DNA from: Balamuthia mandrillaris
Taxonomy: Eukaryota
Direction: 5' to 3'
Assembly: GCA_031835245.2 (NCBI GenBank)
Contig: JAVKOQ020000020.1
Location: forward strand, 1-64,000
Length of the DNA: 64,000 nucleotides
The translations under genes and the position numbers were made by a program. Below, piece after piece: positions 22,042 through 35,691 of this stretch. The notes below the pieces were generated by a model, which was given only the letters and a program-made list of their open reading frames with translations, made no database searches and was not told where the DNA came from. Numbering within the stretch: position 1 is the first letter of the stretch; every line of letters begins with the position of its first letter.

Positions 22042-22938
22042 TTACGAAATGGTGCCAGTATTGTCAACCTCCAGCTCCCCTTTCTCCTTTAGCTTCGCGC
22101 TTTTCATTTGTTGCTTGTAGCTTTTGTCCATATCCTTGAGGTGCTTCTTTTGTTGTTTTTTCTCCTGTTTGAGAGCTTTACGCTTCTGCTTCTCAGCTTT
22201 CTTTTGTGCCTTCAGCACTTCCATAGTGCTTTCCAGTTGCATCATTCGTGCTTCCTCTGGGGCAAAGCTCGCAACTTCACCTCCGCTTCGTTCTAGTTGC
22301 TCCTCTGCCCTCTTTCGCTCTTTCTTTTCTGTCTTCTTTCTTTTCTTGTCCTCCTTGTCGATCCCCTTCAGCTCCCGCTTTTGTCCTTTGGCCATCTTCT
22401 TCAAGCTTTTCTGCTTATGCTTCTCCGCTTTCTTCTGCGCTTTCAGCTCCGCCTTGTAGATCTTTAAGGTTTGAGCCTTGCCATCCAGAGCAACCTCGCG
22501 TGCAGAAGGAATATAGCCGACTTCTCCTTCCTCATCAGAAGAAGAAGACGAAGACGAAGAGGAGGAAGAGGAAGAGGAGGAGGAAGACGAGTCATCATCT
22601 GAGACATAAGTTGGCGCTTGAGTAAGTTCCCGTGAGACTTCTTTCGGTGCGAGCTCACGTTCAATGCCCTCTTTCTCCTTCTCCCATTCCTCTTTCTCTC
22701 GTAAAAACAGGGCTTTTTGCTCCTCGAACGAAAGTGCTTCCACAGGAGTACCGTTGAGCTCAACTGCCGTTCCTTGTTGCAAGATCCTCAGTCTGTTCTC
22801 CTGCTCTGGGGTGAGTGGCCTATAATGGCCGTCCGGGGAAGCTCCAGCAGACAAAGAAGCAGTCCAGAGGCCCCGGAACCGTCCTTTCTCCTCTGCCAGC
22901 CTTTTTCTTTCCGTCTCGAGCCAGTTCTGGTCTTCCAT
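22042..22938 (-). CDS. Hypothetical Lys/Glu-rich coiled-coil protein with internal duplication
   Basis: 298-aa ATG ORF; LKAQKKAEK occurs twice. Confidence 0.65.
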   Translation of the reverse strand: MEDQNWLETERKRLAEEKGRFRGLWTASLSAGASPDGHYRPLTPEQENRLRILQQGTAVELNGTPVEALSFEEQKALFLREKEEWEKEKEGIERELAPKEVSRELTQAPTYVSDDDSSSSSSSSSSSSSSSSSSDEEGEVGYIPSAREVALDGKAQTLKIYKAELKAQKKAEKHKQKSLKKMAKGQKRELKGIDKEDKKRKKTEKKERKRAEEQLERSGGEVASFAPEEARMMQLESTMEVLKAQKKAEKQKRKALKQEKKQQKKHLKDMDKSYKQQMKSAKLKEKGELEVDNTGTIS

Positions 22939-23354
22939 GATGCGTCGTCGGTTTGTTATGTTACAGTTATTGAGCGACTAAATATGAAAAAATGCCGGCA
23001 AGGGAGGGGCGTTAGAGCTGCAGTGGTTGGTTCTTGCGTTTCTTGTCGGCTCCCAAGAAGAAACAGAAAAGTTGCCTTTTGCCTGCTTTGCTGAAAATCC
23101 TGCAACATAAAGATTAGGTTAGGGTTTTCTCTTCTTTCGAACCCTAATTGAGCGATGAACAGCAGGGCAGTACGAAATCTGTCTAACGGAATTCGCATTA
23201 CACGCAGTCAATTCAGCAAGACGATATTCGGACATTCCACCGCAAGACCCAAGTTCCTCGTCATTCCAAAAAAAAAAAGGGGTGGGTGTGACGCGTCATG
23301 AAATAAAAGAAAAAAAAAGTAGCGGGGAAGAAGAAGGAAAGGAGCAAAAAAAAC

Positions 23355-24529
23355 ATGGGTTCAGAAGATGGCTACAAGGGCAAACCCCAAGTCTCCTGGT
23401 CTGTTTGGGCCAAACAAAACAAACGGGCTTTGCTGAGCGTTGGCGGGGTGGTGTTCCTGGTTTTTCTTATCTTGGTGCATCGCAAATTCTTCCCCACCGA
23501 GCTTGTCATCACGGACTTTGGATCGTGTGAAGCGAACGGATGGGCCACACGGAAACCTGGAACGGTGCCGCGGGTATTTGATGCGTTCACATTGAACTCG
23601 GAAATGCAGATGTTGGAGTTGCGGCTCCATGAGCTATCCCCTTATGTCGATTTCTTCGTCATTGTGGAGTCAAAACTTACATTTTCAGGTTAGCGTCTCA
23701 CTTTCTTTGCTTTAATGCTTACCTCCTCCTTGGTTAAACGTACCCTTTGTGTGTTACTCAGGCAAGACGAAGCCGTTGTACTTTGAAGAGAACATGGACA
23801 AATTCTCCGCCTTCAAGGACAAAATCATTCGTGTCATTTTGGACGAGGAGGAACACAGAAAGGCCACACAAATGGGCGGACCTGAAGGAAAGAAATACCA
23901 AAAGAATGCCATCATGCTGGGCCTGCGGCCGTTTGCCAAGCCTGATGATCTCGTCATCTTTTCTGACCTTGATGAGCTTCCCAATCCTGACATTGTTTAT
24001 TTGCTTAAGCACTGCCAAGGCTACGACTTGCCCGTCACTTTCCATACACCCGGTTTCATCTATGACTTTGGTTGTCGAGAGGATAAGAACAACTGGCGCA
24101 GGGCGAAACTGGTACGCTTACTGTGCATTTGTTCTTGTTCCTTTTGTTCTTCTTCCCTTCCCTTCCTCCTTCTTCTTGTTCTTTCTCTTCGGCTTCTGTT
24201 CCTTCCTCCATTGTTCTTTCTCTGCATCGTGTTTGTTTACATACAGAACTGACCATTTCCCGTTGTAGGTCAAGTTCTCTCAATTGACAGAGCAATGTGG
24301 GTCTTTCTTGGGTAAACACCTTTTCCCTAGCAGCGTTTGCCCCGATGACCTTCGTGACGACATGTCGTTATCTCTTGGTCTGCGTTCGTGGTCACCCTTG
24401 TACATCTACAACGCTGGTTGGCACATGTCCTACTTTATGAGCATCGAAAAGATTCAGGAGAAGATTGGATCTATTTCCCACACCGAAAGGTAGACGACCT
24501 TCCTCTTTTCATATTATTGCATCGTTTTC

Positions 24530-24567
<38 letters not shown>

Positions 24568-24854
24568 ATATTCTTCTCCTCTTCTGCAGAGATACGCCCG
24601 CCAATAAGAACCCCGAATATCTCACTTGCCTCAAAGCCAACTGTGTGCATGTAAATTGGCACGACCGAGGCCACAGGGTAGAGGACCCGTTTACACAGAG
24701 ACGCACGCCGGCCTACGCCAAGGAAATGGCCACCAAGGGCGTACCCGAGTTTCGAGCATGGTTCCCTCAAGCGAAGGACATCCCTTGCAAGATGGACTGG
24801 GAGGCCTACCACGAGGAACACGTCCGCAAGGGCGACATTCCCGCTCGCACCTAA
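23355..24854 (+). CDS. Glycosyltransferase family 17 (MGAT3/GnT-III-like), type II membrane protein
   Basis: N-terminal TM; ELRLHEL..YVDFFVIVES..TFSG.KPLYF, SDLDELP (DxD), AGWHMSY; 3 introns. Confidence 0.9.
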
Positions 24855-25552
24855 ACCACCACACAAGGAAAAAAGTGAGAAAAGAAACAAAAAAGAGCGG
24901 GAAGGGTAAATTTCTCAGAAAGTTGATAAATGAGACGGGGTGACGTCATTGGGAAGGAATTAGGAATGTCTGCAGGAAAGAATTTTCAGGAACGGGGAAA
25001 AGGCGCAGAAACCAAAGCCGCCCTCCCCTATTTTTTTCCCCCTTCTTCCTTGTAGTTGAGAAGAAAAAAAAAATAAATAAATTGAACACGACACACGGCC
25101 ACACTGGAGCGGTAGCAGAGACACAGAGAACAACACACGCATTCGAATTGATTTTGCAATGGGATTCTAAAACAGATTTACATTATCATCATCGCATAAG
25201 TTATAATTTTTGTATTTTGTTTGTTGATTTGTTACGACGACATCTACATTTTTTATTTCCCCCCAAAATATCATTTGTTTTGATTTTACCCAAGATTTGG
25301 AAATGGCTTTCTCTGGCAACGAGGTTACCTTTTAAATACGACACCACCACATCTATCTACGCTACCCCCACCACCCCCATCCATCAACTACCCCCAAAAC
25401 CCCTTTCCCCCCTTTCTCTCTACTTCACTTTGGACGCGATTCAAGAGACTTGCACTCTTCAGCTTTCCTTCCACAAGGCGGGAACCTGAACAACTTCCCT
25501 ACTTTGTAGTCAACCACTAAAAACTTTCAATTACAACTTTTACACGTAGAGC

Positions 25553-26611
25553 ATGGAAGAGGCCTCGGAAGAAGCTTATCCTTCTTCCTCTTCCTCTTTC
25601 TATGCCGCACCTCCCCCAAGCTGCTATGTGAAGACATCCGTTGCGCATGGTGGCGGCTGTGCCGTGGCCCTTAGTGGCCATCAGCACCACCGCCACCTCC
25701 CCCACTCTACTCACCTGATGGAACCTCAGCATTTTTACCATCAGCAGCAACCGCAGATTTCCTCTTCCGGCAATGCGGTGCCTCCTTACTCTTTCGACTT
25801 CGCGAGGCCCTCGACCTTCTCCATGGCTACTCCTGCCCTCTTTGGTAGCAAGGAGCAAGAACTTCTTTGGTACCAACAACAATACCAGAAACTCAACAAC
25901 GCCGCTGCGCAGCAACCCCCTCTTCTCCCGCGGGACGGCTTTGTGTTTGACGACGTCGAAAGACTTATCCCCCTCCTCAAGGGCAATTCTCTTTCCGCTG
26001 CCGCCGCACCTGCCGCCTCTACCAACTTCGCTGGTGGCGCTGCTTCTACTGCAAGCTTCTCCTCTCAAACCCTGCCCTTTCTTTTGAAGCAACGTTGCGG
26101 TGGTGCCCTCGACAAGAGAGACAAACAGGGCAACACGGCTCTCATGTGGGCTGTTATCGAGGGCAGAGAGGATCTCGTGGTGGCTCTCATTCGCGCCGGA
26201 TGCGACGTCAACATGCAAAACTATAACGGAGAGAACGCGCTGATGTACGCTGCAAGCAAGGGTTTCGAAAGGATGGTCCTCCTACTCCTTCAGTGCGGCG
26301 CTCATCCCAACATCGCGACCATGGAGGGCGCCACCCCTCTCCACTTTGCTGCCTACCTTGGCTATGAGCGCATCGTCTCCATCTTATGCGAGCATGGCGC
26401 CCACGTCAACGCCAAGGATGAGGAAGGAGACACGGCCATTCATTGGGCGGTGCGAAGGAAAGGCAACGACTTTGTCATCAAAAGGCTTCTTGCGTATGGT
26501 GCTGACCTCAACGCCCTCAACGCCGACTACGAGAGTGCACTGAGCCTGGCCAAAAGTGTGAACGAGGACAAGACGGTAGGGGTCTTGTTGTCCCTCGGCG
26601 CCAAGGCTTAG
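25553..26611 (+). CDS. Ankyrin-repeat protein, intronless
   Basis: GNTALMWA, GENALMYA, GATPLHFA, GDTAIHWA. Confidence 0.9.
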   Translation: MEEASEEAYPSSSSSFYAAPPPSCYVKTSVAHGGGCAVALSGHQHHRHLPHSTHLMEPQHFYHQQQPQISSSGNAVPPYSFDFARPSTFSMATPALFGSKEQELLWYQQQYQKLNNAAAQQPPLLPRDGFVFDDVERLIPLLKGNSLSAAAAPAASTNFAGGAASTASFSSQTLPFLLKQRCGGALDKRDKQGNTALMWAVIEGREDLVVALIRAGCDVNMQNYNGENALMYAASKGFERMVLLLLQCGAHPNIATMEGATPLHFAAYLGYERIVSILCEHGAHVNAKDEEGDTAIHWAVRRKGNDFVIKRLLAYGADLNALNADYESALSLAKSVNEDKTVGVLLSLGAKA

Positions 26612-26792
26612 ATTGTGAAGATCTCCAGCCTCTCTTCATCTTTTATTTTATTGTCGCCCTATTTTTTTCCCCGTTCTTTACTCTCTTTTCAACTTTTACT
26701 TTTACGTCCTCTTTCCATTTCTTTTTTTTATTCTTGTTATTTTTTTCTCAAAGAATCATTTGTACATGACTTTTTTCAGTGCCTTTCAGAAA

Positions 26793-26830
<38 letters not shown>

Positions 26831-27215
26831 CCTTTCCGTTTGCCCTGCTACAGCTGTCCTGTAGCGCCGCAGGGTGGACATAAGTATTGAGGAGTCATGT
26901 ACTTTCCCGCTGAGACAAAGGGGAATAGCGTGACGTGGTATCAAAGTTTTGTCTACCTTGCGGGCTTACACAGCTGTCCAGGAAGTAAGAAACTAAAATG
27001 GGGGTTAGGGCTAGACGGGCCAATATATACAATGAATTAGGGTTAGAAAGCAGATGCTATGTAACGCATTTTTTTGGGGCAGCAAAACAAGACAAAGTGC
27101 CGACGGTAGGGTTGTGGTCCTGCTCTGGTTGTTGTTTGGATCAAGGCAAGGCAAAACGTAGTTTCCTTGTTGGTGGTGTTGAAAAAGGAGGTTCTACTCC
27201 GAAGATTAAATAAGG

Positions 27216-27716
27216 ATGTCATCCGACAAACAGCATCCTCTAGGAGGAGGAGACGAGGGAGGAGCCCCAGAGCCGAAAGAGACCTCGACACCGGTACGTA
27301 CGGTGTTAGAGAGTGGGTTCGTGGTGCAGGCTCTGCGCACCTACAAGAACAAGGAAAAAGGCAGCCTTTCCTTCAAGGAAGGCCAACTCATACAAGTGTG
27401 GTCCTCAACGGCGGAGGGCGACCTCTACTATGGCGTTCTGGAAGGAGGAAAGAAGAGCGGCTTCTTTCCGTGCTACTATGTGATCCGGAGAGATGATATA
27501 AACGTTTCCGACCTTGACCCGAAAGTAAATATTAACTTCTTCTTTCGTGTTCCTCCCTTTGTGCTTTGCTTCTGCTTCTGCTTCCACATTCGTTTCTGCT
27601 TCTGCTTGTTCTTGTTCTTGTTATTCTTCTTCTTCTTGTTATTCTTCTTGTTCTTGTTGTTGTTCTTCTTCTTGTTCTTCTTCTTCTTCTGGCTATTAAC
27701 TGGTCATTATGACTAA

Positions 27717-27751
<35 letters not shown>

Positions 27752-29469
27752 AATAGCCAAACTCAAGTCCCATGCCAGAGGGAAAGAAAGGACGACGCGC
27801 TCATAAAGGAAGGCATTTCTTGACTTTCGGTCCGACTTCCTCCAGTCCTGTTGTCAAACGACACGCGAGTGCGGGCTCAGATCGAGAACCAGAAGAGATT
27901 CTTCCTTCCTCTGCTTCAAATGATGACCTAAACCCAGCTCCAACCTCACCTAGTGGAGAAGCAGCAGAGGACGCGGATCGCAAACTGCGTCGTCGGTCGT
28001 TACCAACAGAGCAACAACAAAAACAAAAGCAAAAGAAGAAAGAGAAAGCAGAAGAGTCGAAGAAAATGGAGAAGGAAAGAAAGAAACGGGAAAAAGAAAT
28101 GTTGGAAGAAGTGCGAAGAAAAGGGAGGGTATCTTCTGCCGGCGCTATTTACGACGAAGAAGATACTACCCCACAAACTCAACTACGATCCAAGTCTTTA
28201 AGTCCAGACACTCAAACTTACCAAACTGCTGTTAAAGCTGCTCAATCCATCACACCTTCTCCTCCGTTTTTGCGCAACAGCACCAACAGCAAGTCTAGTT
28301 CTTCTATTCAACCACAGTCACAACCTCAACACATTCCAACACCTCGTACTGTTTCATCTTCTTCTGCTGCCGCGACATCTTCAGGAAGCATGGCTGCTGT
28401 TTCTTCTGGTTCATTGCCCTCATCATGGGCATTTGGTTCGAAAGGAGATACCTTTCCTCCACCTTCTTCTTCTCCTTCTACCGCCTCTCCATCCATCGAA
28501 ATGCTGGTGGCCAAGTTTTCGGGCTCCTCCTCTCTCCAATATAAAGCTCCGCCTCCTCCTCTCAGCAAGACAGACAAAAAGTCCAAGAACAGCAGTAGTA
28601 TCGCGATAAAGGAAGATGGAAAGATGAGAAGGTTCTTGTTCTCCAACTCTAGCGGAAACAGAATGTGTCAATCCCTTAACTCAATGGAAGCTCTGTCGGG
28701 AATGCACGTCGTGGAGAAAGGAGGCATGGCGGCCAGCACCAGCAGCCAGCTCAGCGCCAAGCAAGTTGGCCTTACTCCGAAGCAGCTACATCACCTTCGG
28801 AAGAAGGTCTCCTCTACGGTGGATGCCTTTGGAGAACCAATCGCAAACAGCAAAAAGACAGAAGATGACGAAGAAGAACAGAAATATTTGGAGGAAGCAA
28901 AAGACAAGGAGAGAGAGAAGAAAGAGCAGAAAGAGCAGAAGGAACGAAAGGAGAGGGAAGAGAAACAAAGAGAAAAAGAGCTCCGCAAGGAGGAGAGGCA
29001 GCGAGAGAAAGAGCAAGAAAAGGAGAAGGAAAGGGAGAAAACTCCTAGGAACAAAGGACCTTCCAAGGAAAGCGTGGAGTTGATAAAACTGAGCTTCTCC
29101 GGACTGACCCTTGAGGAAGTAATGCTTCAACAAAAAGAGTTTTACCCACACCTCCCGCTTCCTATCATCCTAACAACTCTCTGTCACGCCATCCTCGTGC
29201 TCGAAGGTCCCACCACCGAAGGCATTTTCCGGTTTGTTTACATTCTCTTCTCTGATTTTTTTTTCTCGGCTGTTCTGATGTTGGTGAGATGAGCAGGGTA
29301 CCAGGCACAACGTTGCAAGTGGAAGCGTTCATGTCCAATTTGACAAAAGGTATTTGTGATTTCAACATTACCAACGATCCGCATGTGCCTGCTTCCTTGC
29401 TGAAAGGGTGGATGAAGGGGCTCTACGAACCCGTCATTCCTGTCTCATTCCAGTTAGTCGTTTCTCATG

Positions 29470-29515
<46 letters not shown>

Positions 29516-30733
29516 TGTTGTCGTTTCGCTTCTTGTTAGTCTCCTTCTCAATCTCATTCTCGTCTTCTCATTTCTGTTCCTGTCTTTTGTATTTGTATCA
29601 CCAACAGTGGAGACTGTAAAGCTAGCCATGATAATCCAGAAGAGAGCATGCGGATAGTGTCAAAGCTGTCGTCGGCGCGGCGGCGGGTTGTCTATTTCAT
29701 CGTGCAATTCCTCCAGACCTTCTTTCTTCTACAGGAACGAGTGGAGCAAACAAGAATGACAGCCGAGAACATGGCCACCATGTTCACCCCCTGCTTCTTC
29801 GGAGATGTGAAGAGCGCAGCCACTGCTGATATCGCAAAGATCGTGGAAGAGCACGAGCAGCTCTCGAAGTTTTTGGTCAATTTGTTCAAGCACATGAATG
29901 CCTCTTGGTTCGACCACCAGCAGCCAGCAGCACCTTCATCATCGGAAGATGCGAAGAAGGGAGAGTCGCAAACACAAACTGCGTCTCCTACCGATAAGCA
30001 GCAAGAGAACGAACCGTCTTCTGCTTTAACTCCTCCCCCTTCTCTTTCTCCAGCGTCGACGTCTTCCAGCGTTGGAGGAGCAGAAGCAGCTGCCGCTAAA
30101 GAGCATGTAGGAATTATGGAGAGCAGCGCCAAAGAAGACTATTTCTTTGCGAAGCGCTACTTGCATGCTGGCGGCGTGCTCGGCATCGAGCACGAGAGGC
30201 GCGCCACTTTCGTCGTGGATAAGATAGGTCCTGCTGACTTTACTGCTTCTACCAACAACAATGCTGCTGGTGGAGAAGTTGGAAACGAGGAGACCGTTTC
30301 GTCCTCTCGCACAGGCAAAGCCTCGTTGAACAAGAACCCGTTGAGCTTTGGTTCCAAGCTTATGCACTTGAAGAAGAAGAGCAACAAGCACGATAGCAAC
30401 AACGCCGAACAGGAGATTCTCTCCAGTGGATCTCTTCCATCGCTTCAGCATCGAGAAGAAACCTTTTCTTCCTCCGAAGTGGAAGAAGCAAGCTTGACCG
30501 GAACGTCTTCTTTGTCACCGTTATCAGTGGCTTCTACTTCGTCAAACGGTGCAGCCCAACAAGAATGGCAACGAGGTAATGGTGGTGGAGGGGAAAGCAT
30601 TGACGGCGGCAACGCTCGAAGTGCCGTGGCAGACAGCAAGTTCAGGTTGTGGCAAGAACACAACCAACGAAAAGTTGCTGTGCGAAAGCAGATGGAGCAG
30701 GAGCGCATTAACGCTCGTACCTCCAACAGTTAG
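27216..30733 (+). CDS. SH3 + RhoGAP domain protein, multi-exon
   Basis: SH3 (ALRTY...LSFKEG...GFFPCYYV); RhoGAP (TEGIFR/VPG, DPHVPASLLKGW...EPVIP, TRMTAENMATMFTP). Confidence 0.88.
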
Positions 30734-30778
30734 CTGTTGTTGAGGTTGTATGCATGTCTTTTATGTTTGTTGTGTATT

Positions 30779-30868
30779 GTGGTGGTGGTGGTGGTGGTGG
30801 TGGTGGTGGTGGTGGTGGTGGTGGTGGTGGTGGTGGTGGTGGTGGTGGTGGTGGGTGGTGGTGGTGGT
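30779..30868. repeat. (GGT)n microsatellite
   Basis: Directly visible. Confidence 0.95.
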
Positions 30869-31204
30869 AAGATGTGATGTACGTAAACGAATGCCGTTAC
30901 CCGTTTGTTTTTTTTTTTTGTTGTAGAACCGCCGCCTCTTGTTTGTTTCTCTCTCTCCTCCTTACTGGACATTCGTTGTACGTTACTGGCCACTCTCCGA
31001 AGCACAGGTCAAGAGGTGACGTGAATGACCCACGTCCAATTTGTCTCCCGAAATTTAAGCACAGCATTACAGTGGGCACGGGCATTCATTGTCCCTCCCT
31101 CAATTTTCTGGAGTGGCTTGTAAGGAGAACAGAAAGAAAAGAGACGAAAGGTCCCCCTTCTTTAGCGTTGGTGCTGGGGTCTGCTGCTGCTGCCCCTTCT
31201 CGCA

Positions 31205-34200
31205 ATGGCTTCAAGGAGAGCAAGAACCAAAAGCAAGAAGAGAAAAGCCGAGCCGTTCGTGGAGGAAGAGGGAGAGGCCGCTTCCTCCTCGTTCGGCCCC
31301 CCCGCCGACGAAGAGGAGGGCAGAAGCCGAGGGCGACGCGCTCAGTCCATGTTGTTGGCTTTGCCGGTGCCAGAGGACAAGGGCATGCTGCGAAGCGAAC
31401 ACTCGACGCTGGACACCATGGTGAAGGCCCTCAACGCCAAGTTGGAGGAGCTGAAGTCCCAGCTGGAGGCCAAGTCCAACGTCATGGCGGAGAAGGACGA
31501 AGAGCTGCAGTTGCTGAGGGACATGCTGCGAGAGAAAGAAAGCAAAGTTGTGGAACTGAAAGATGAACTCACCTTGGACTCGCAGGTAGCCTTTTCGTTC
31601 TTTCTCTTTCTGCTTTCTTTTCTTTTGAAGGCTTTTTAATCGATTGTCATTATATTGCGAAAATAGAGTTTGATCTTAGAGAACGACAAAGAGGAACAGA
31701 CAAAGAAAAAAGAGGGCGGCAGTCGGCGAAAACGACAGAGTCGGCGACAACCGCGAAGAAGGGGGCCCGCCGAGATCGACCGCAGCGTTATAGAAAAGAT
31801 CTATGACAGCACCACTGAAGACGAGGAGGGAGGCGAGCAGAGCGACGAAGAGGTGGAGAAGGGCATGCAGCTCTTCACGGAGAAGCTTCAGAGCATCCTG
31901 TCTCCGAGCAAACGACGCGAAGAAGAGAAACGAAAGAGGTTGCAACAAATGATGTCAAAGTATTCTCTGGATGCCTCGACAACAGCAAATGGTGGCGAAG
32001 TTTTAGAGCCGGGAGAAGAAACGGAGGAAGATGGAGGCAGAATGTTCAACAGCGGAGTGTTTCTTGCAGAAGTGTTGAGCTCGTCGGAGGGAGATGACTC
32101 GTCGTCTCCGACTTCCTCATCCTCGGAATTGTTGAGAGAAAGACTGAAAAAGGTGATGAAGGAGAAAGAAAAGCTGGCGGAGAAGGTGTCGCGAAGAGAC
32201 CAGGAGAAGGAGGAAATGAGGAAGAAGTTGCGACAGATGGAAGTGGAAACGGAGCTGTTAAAAGCTTCCATCGAGACTAAAGAAGAAAGCGAAGCAGATT
32301 GGGCCATCAAGGAAGAAGAATTGGAGGAACAAGTGGAACGCATGAAAAGGGAGATGATGCAAAAGGAACAGGAGCTACAGAACCTTCGTCAACAAATGCA
32401 ACAAAAGAACGAGGCTGAGACGGAGGTCAGACAAATGCTTTGGCAACGAACGGGTGAGCTTAAGAAGCTGCGAAAGAAAGAAGAGAAGTTGGAAAAGATG
32501 CAACATTATGTCAAAGGAAAGGTGAAAGAGGTGGAAGCTCTGAAAGCAGAATTGAAGAGGATGGAAGAAGAGACTCGGCAGCAGAAACAGCAAAAGGCCA
32601 AGGAAGAGGAAAGCCAAATACAAATCCGTTTATTAAGAGAGAAGAGCGAACGGATGGAAGAGAAGGTGGAGGAGGCTAAACGCATGCTTCACACGATGAC
32701 AACCGAAGTCGAACTGCTTAGAGGCAAAGAACAGGAATTGAGACGGCTCGAAGCAGAAGTGAAACACTTGAAAGGCCAAGTGAGTGCCGCGGAGATGCTT
32801 TACAACAGCAACAACATAGAGCAGCATCAGCAACAGCAACAACAAGAGCAGCAGCAACGAGCGAAAGAAAAAGAAGCGGAAGATATCAGAGCCCTTAACG
32901 AGCAGATAGAAGAGCTGAAAGAGAAACTCATAGAAGTGGACGGGCGAAAAAGGGAGCTGGAACTGGCAATTAAACAGAGGGAAAAGGAGGAGGAGGAAGA
33001 GAAACAGAAGTTACGGCTGTTGGAGCAAAACGTACAAAGTCTCACCGAAGAGAACAAGGAGAAAGATCGGCAGATGGAAGAACTTAAACGAGAGCTGGCT
33101 GAAATGAAAAGAATGCTCCTTCTCCAAAACCAACAACAACCGCAACAGCAACAGGAAAGCGCTAATCAGACTTCAAACAATTCCCCTTCAGAAGCGGTAG
33201 AAAATGCACACCCCGAGCACCAAACAGAAGACCGCTCCCCGTTTTCATCTTCTTCTGCATCTCTTCCAACAGACGAGAAGCAAAAAGGACATGAATGCAG
33301 CACGTCAAGCATAACAGAACTACGTTTAAGTTCTTCAGGTATAACCACCACAAGAAAGGACGGCGCTGCTACTGATGCAACGAAGTTGGTCGAAGCTGCA
33401 AAAGAAGAAGTGACTGCCGTCCTTCAGCTCACAAAAGAAGCTCAAGCCGTCATCGAACGAATGGAAGAAGAAAACGACGACGCTGACGATGAAGAGGATA
33501 CCCAAAGTATCAAGGCTGCTTCGCTTCAAGCTATCAACCATTTGGAACTGTGCAGCGCCAAAGTCATGACGAACGCTCGTCTAGTCTCTGTTCACCCGAG
33601 CGACGTTATCGCTCAACAAAAGCTGGCTGAGGCTCAACGAGAAATGGGAGACGCCGTGCAAGACGTTGTGTCTCTCACCATGAAGACGACGCCACGTCGC
33701 CGTCGCCGTTCAAACTCCAAAGAAAAAGAAGAACAGGAAGAGAAAGCAGAAGAATATGCAGAGCAAACATCAGCATTAGAGGAGGCCATGAAAGAAATGA
33801 AGAACGCAACCGTCTCTTCCGAAAATTTGCTCAGTGTTATAACGTTGAACGGCAGCGCTGGCAGCAGCAACACGTCGCCTCATCCACAAACCAACGCCAT
33901 CGCCGTCAACTATCGACATCACACAACTACGAATAATGATAGTAACGATGGGCTGATCATCGAAGGCGAAGACAGTAACCTGAACAACACGTTCAATGCC
34001 ATCTCCGAACTACTGAACCAAATCTTACTTCCCTCCTCGTCAACACAACAACAACCTTCACAACAAACCTCTTCTTCAGACAACATCAACATAGCAAAGG
34101 TTATCCACCACAAAGTGGAAACGCTTCGAAGGACGCTCTTCCAAGTGGGAAAACGCTCCGGCAGCAAGGAGTTTCAGGACGTCCTTCAAAAGCATTGCAA

Positions 34201-34453
34201 GATTCTCTCGGACAAAGCTGTTCAGGTGAAGATCATCGCTTCCGTCAAGTCCCACCAACAAAGCAACAGCTTGAGCGTTGATGCGGTGAGCAAGGCTGTG
34301 GAAGGCCTCAAGTACACCCTCTCCGAAATTCAAGAGGCTCTTCTGACCGCCGCGTTGAAGCGGAGAGTTTCTGCCACCTTGCACCAGGCTCAAGCCATCA
34401 AGAAAGTGGTCGCCCTTTGGCAACGTCTTCACATTGTATCAAATAGCGAATAA
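31205..34453 (+). CDS. Long coiled-coil protein with C-terminal talin/vinculin-like helical bundles
   Basis: Exon 1 from ATG 31205, intron ~31586-31667, long exon 2; amphipathic helices such as SDVIAQQKLAEAQREMGDAVQDVV. Confidence 0.7.
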
Positions 34454-34505
34454 AAATGGTGTACAAACAACAGTTTTTCTTTAAAAAAACAAAAAGGCTC
34501 CGGCG

Positions 34506-34576
<71 letters not shown>

Positions 34577-34804
34577 CAGCTAGGCTGCTCCAATGGGGTG
34601 CCTCTCCATTCCACAATTTTTCCTTTTTCATTATGGCGAACACGTGACAGAAGACTTCCATTTTAACTTTTCCTCCGTTACTTCTATGAAAGCATATTCT
34701 CCCCACCAACGAAGGTATTGAAATAGAACTTATCTTCTTTATTTCCTCTTTTTCGACGTCGTGCAAACCACCACAGCAAGCAAAACAAGAAATCGAGGGT
34801 AAAG

Positions 34805-35652
34805 ATGTTTAGAAGACCTGCGTTGTTTGGTAGGCCCCTAACTGAGGCTCGCCCCCTGTTCTCTCCGGTGCGTCGCATGGCCGGCCAAAGAGCTTTCACC
34901 GTTTCTGCTGCCCTCTTGTCAGAGGCCCGAATGGACCACTATCCTTCTCGCATGGTGCAAGAGCCTCATATCATTCCCCGAGTACTGCTCACGATCCCTT
35001 GTCTCATTGCTCTTGGGAGGTGGTGGCGCTCACTTCACATCCCTTATTTTCTTTCGGTGACAGAAAGACCCGGTGCTGTGGGGCACAGAGAAGAGAGCAG
35101 GACCGCTGACCCGGGAGCAACTGGAGTTTTACCGTGACAATGGGTTTCTGGTTCTGAACGGCATCTTCTCCTCCGCCGAAGTCGCCTTCCTCAGCGAAGA
35201 GCTCACCACCATGAAGCACAATTTGGAGGTATCGCACCCGCTCCCCCTGCTATAGGTCTTTTGGTTCCTTTGCTCCTTCTGTATAACGATAACTTTTGTT
35301 TGGTGTTTGGTCTTACAGAGTAAGATAACAGGAGATGTGAGGATAGATAGCAAGACCAAAGTGGTGAGCGAACCAGGCACCAACGTGCTGCGTTCCATCT
35401 TTGAGGTCCATAAGTTCAAGGGCAGCGCGCTGGGAGACATTTGCAAGGACTCTCGTCTCGTGGAGAGAGCTCGTCAAATATTAGACGATGACCTCTACAT
35501 CCATCAAAGCAGGTACTTTCGTCGCTTTCCTCTTGTCTTTGTGTTGTGGCTCATGTGTTGTATTTGGGTAACATGACGCCTTCTTCGAAAAGAGTCAACT
35601 TTCAACCGAGTTTCACTGGCACAGGCTTTTCATGGCATTCTGACTTTGGTAC

Positions 35653-35691
<39 letters not shown>

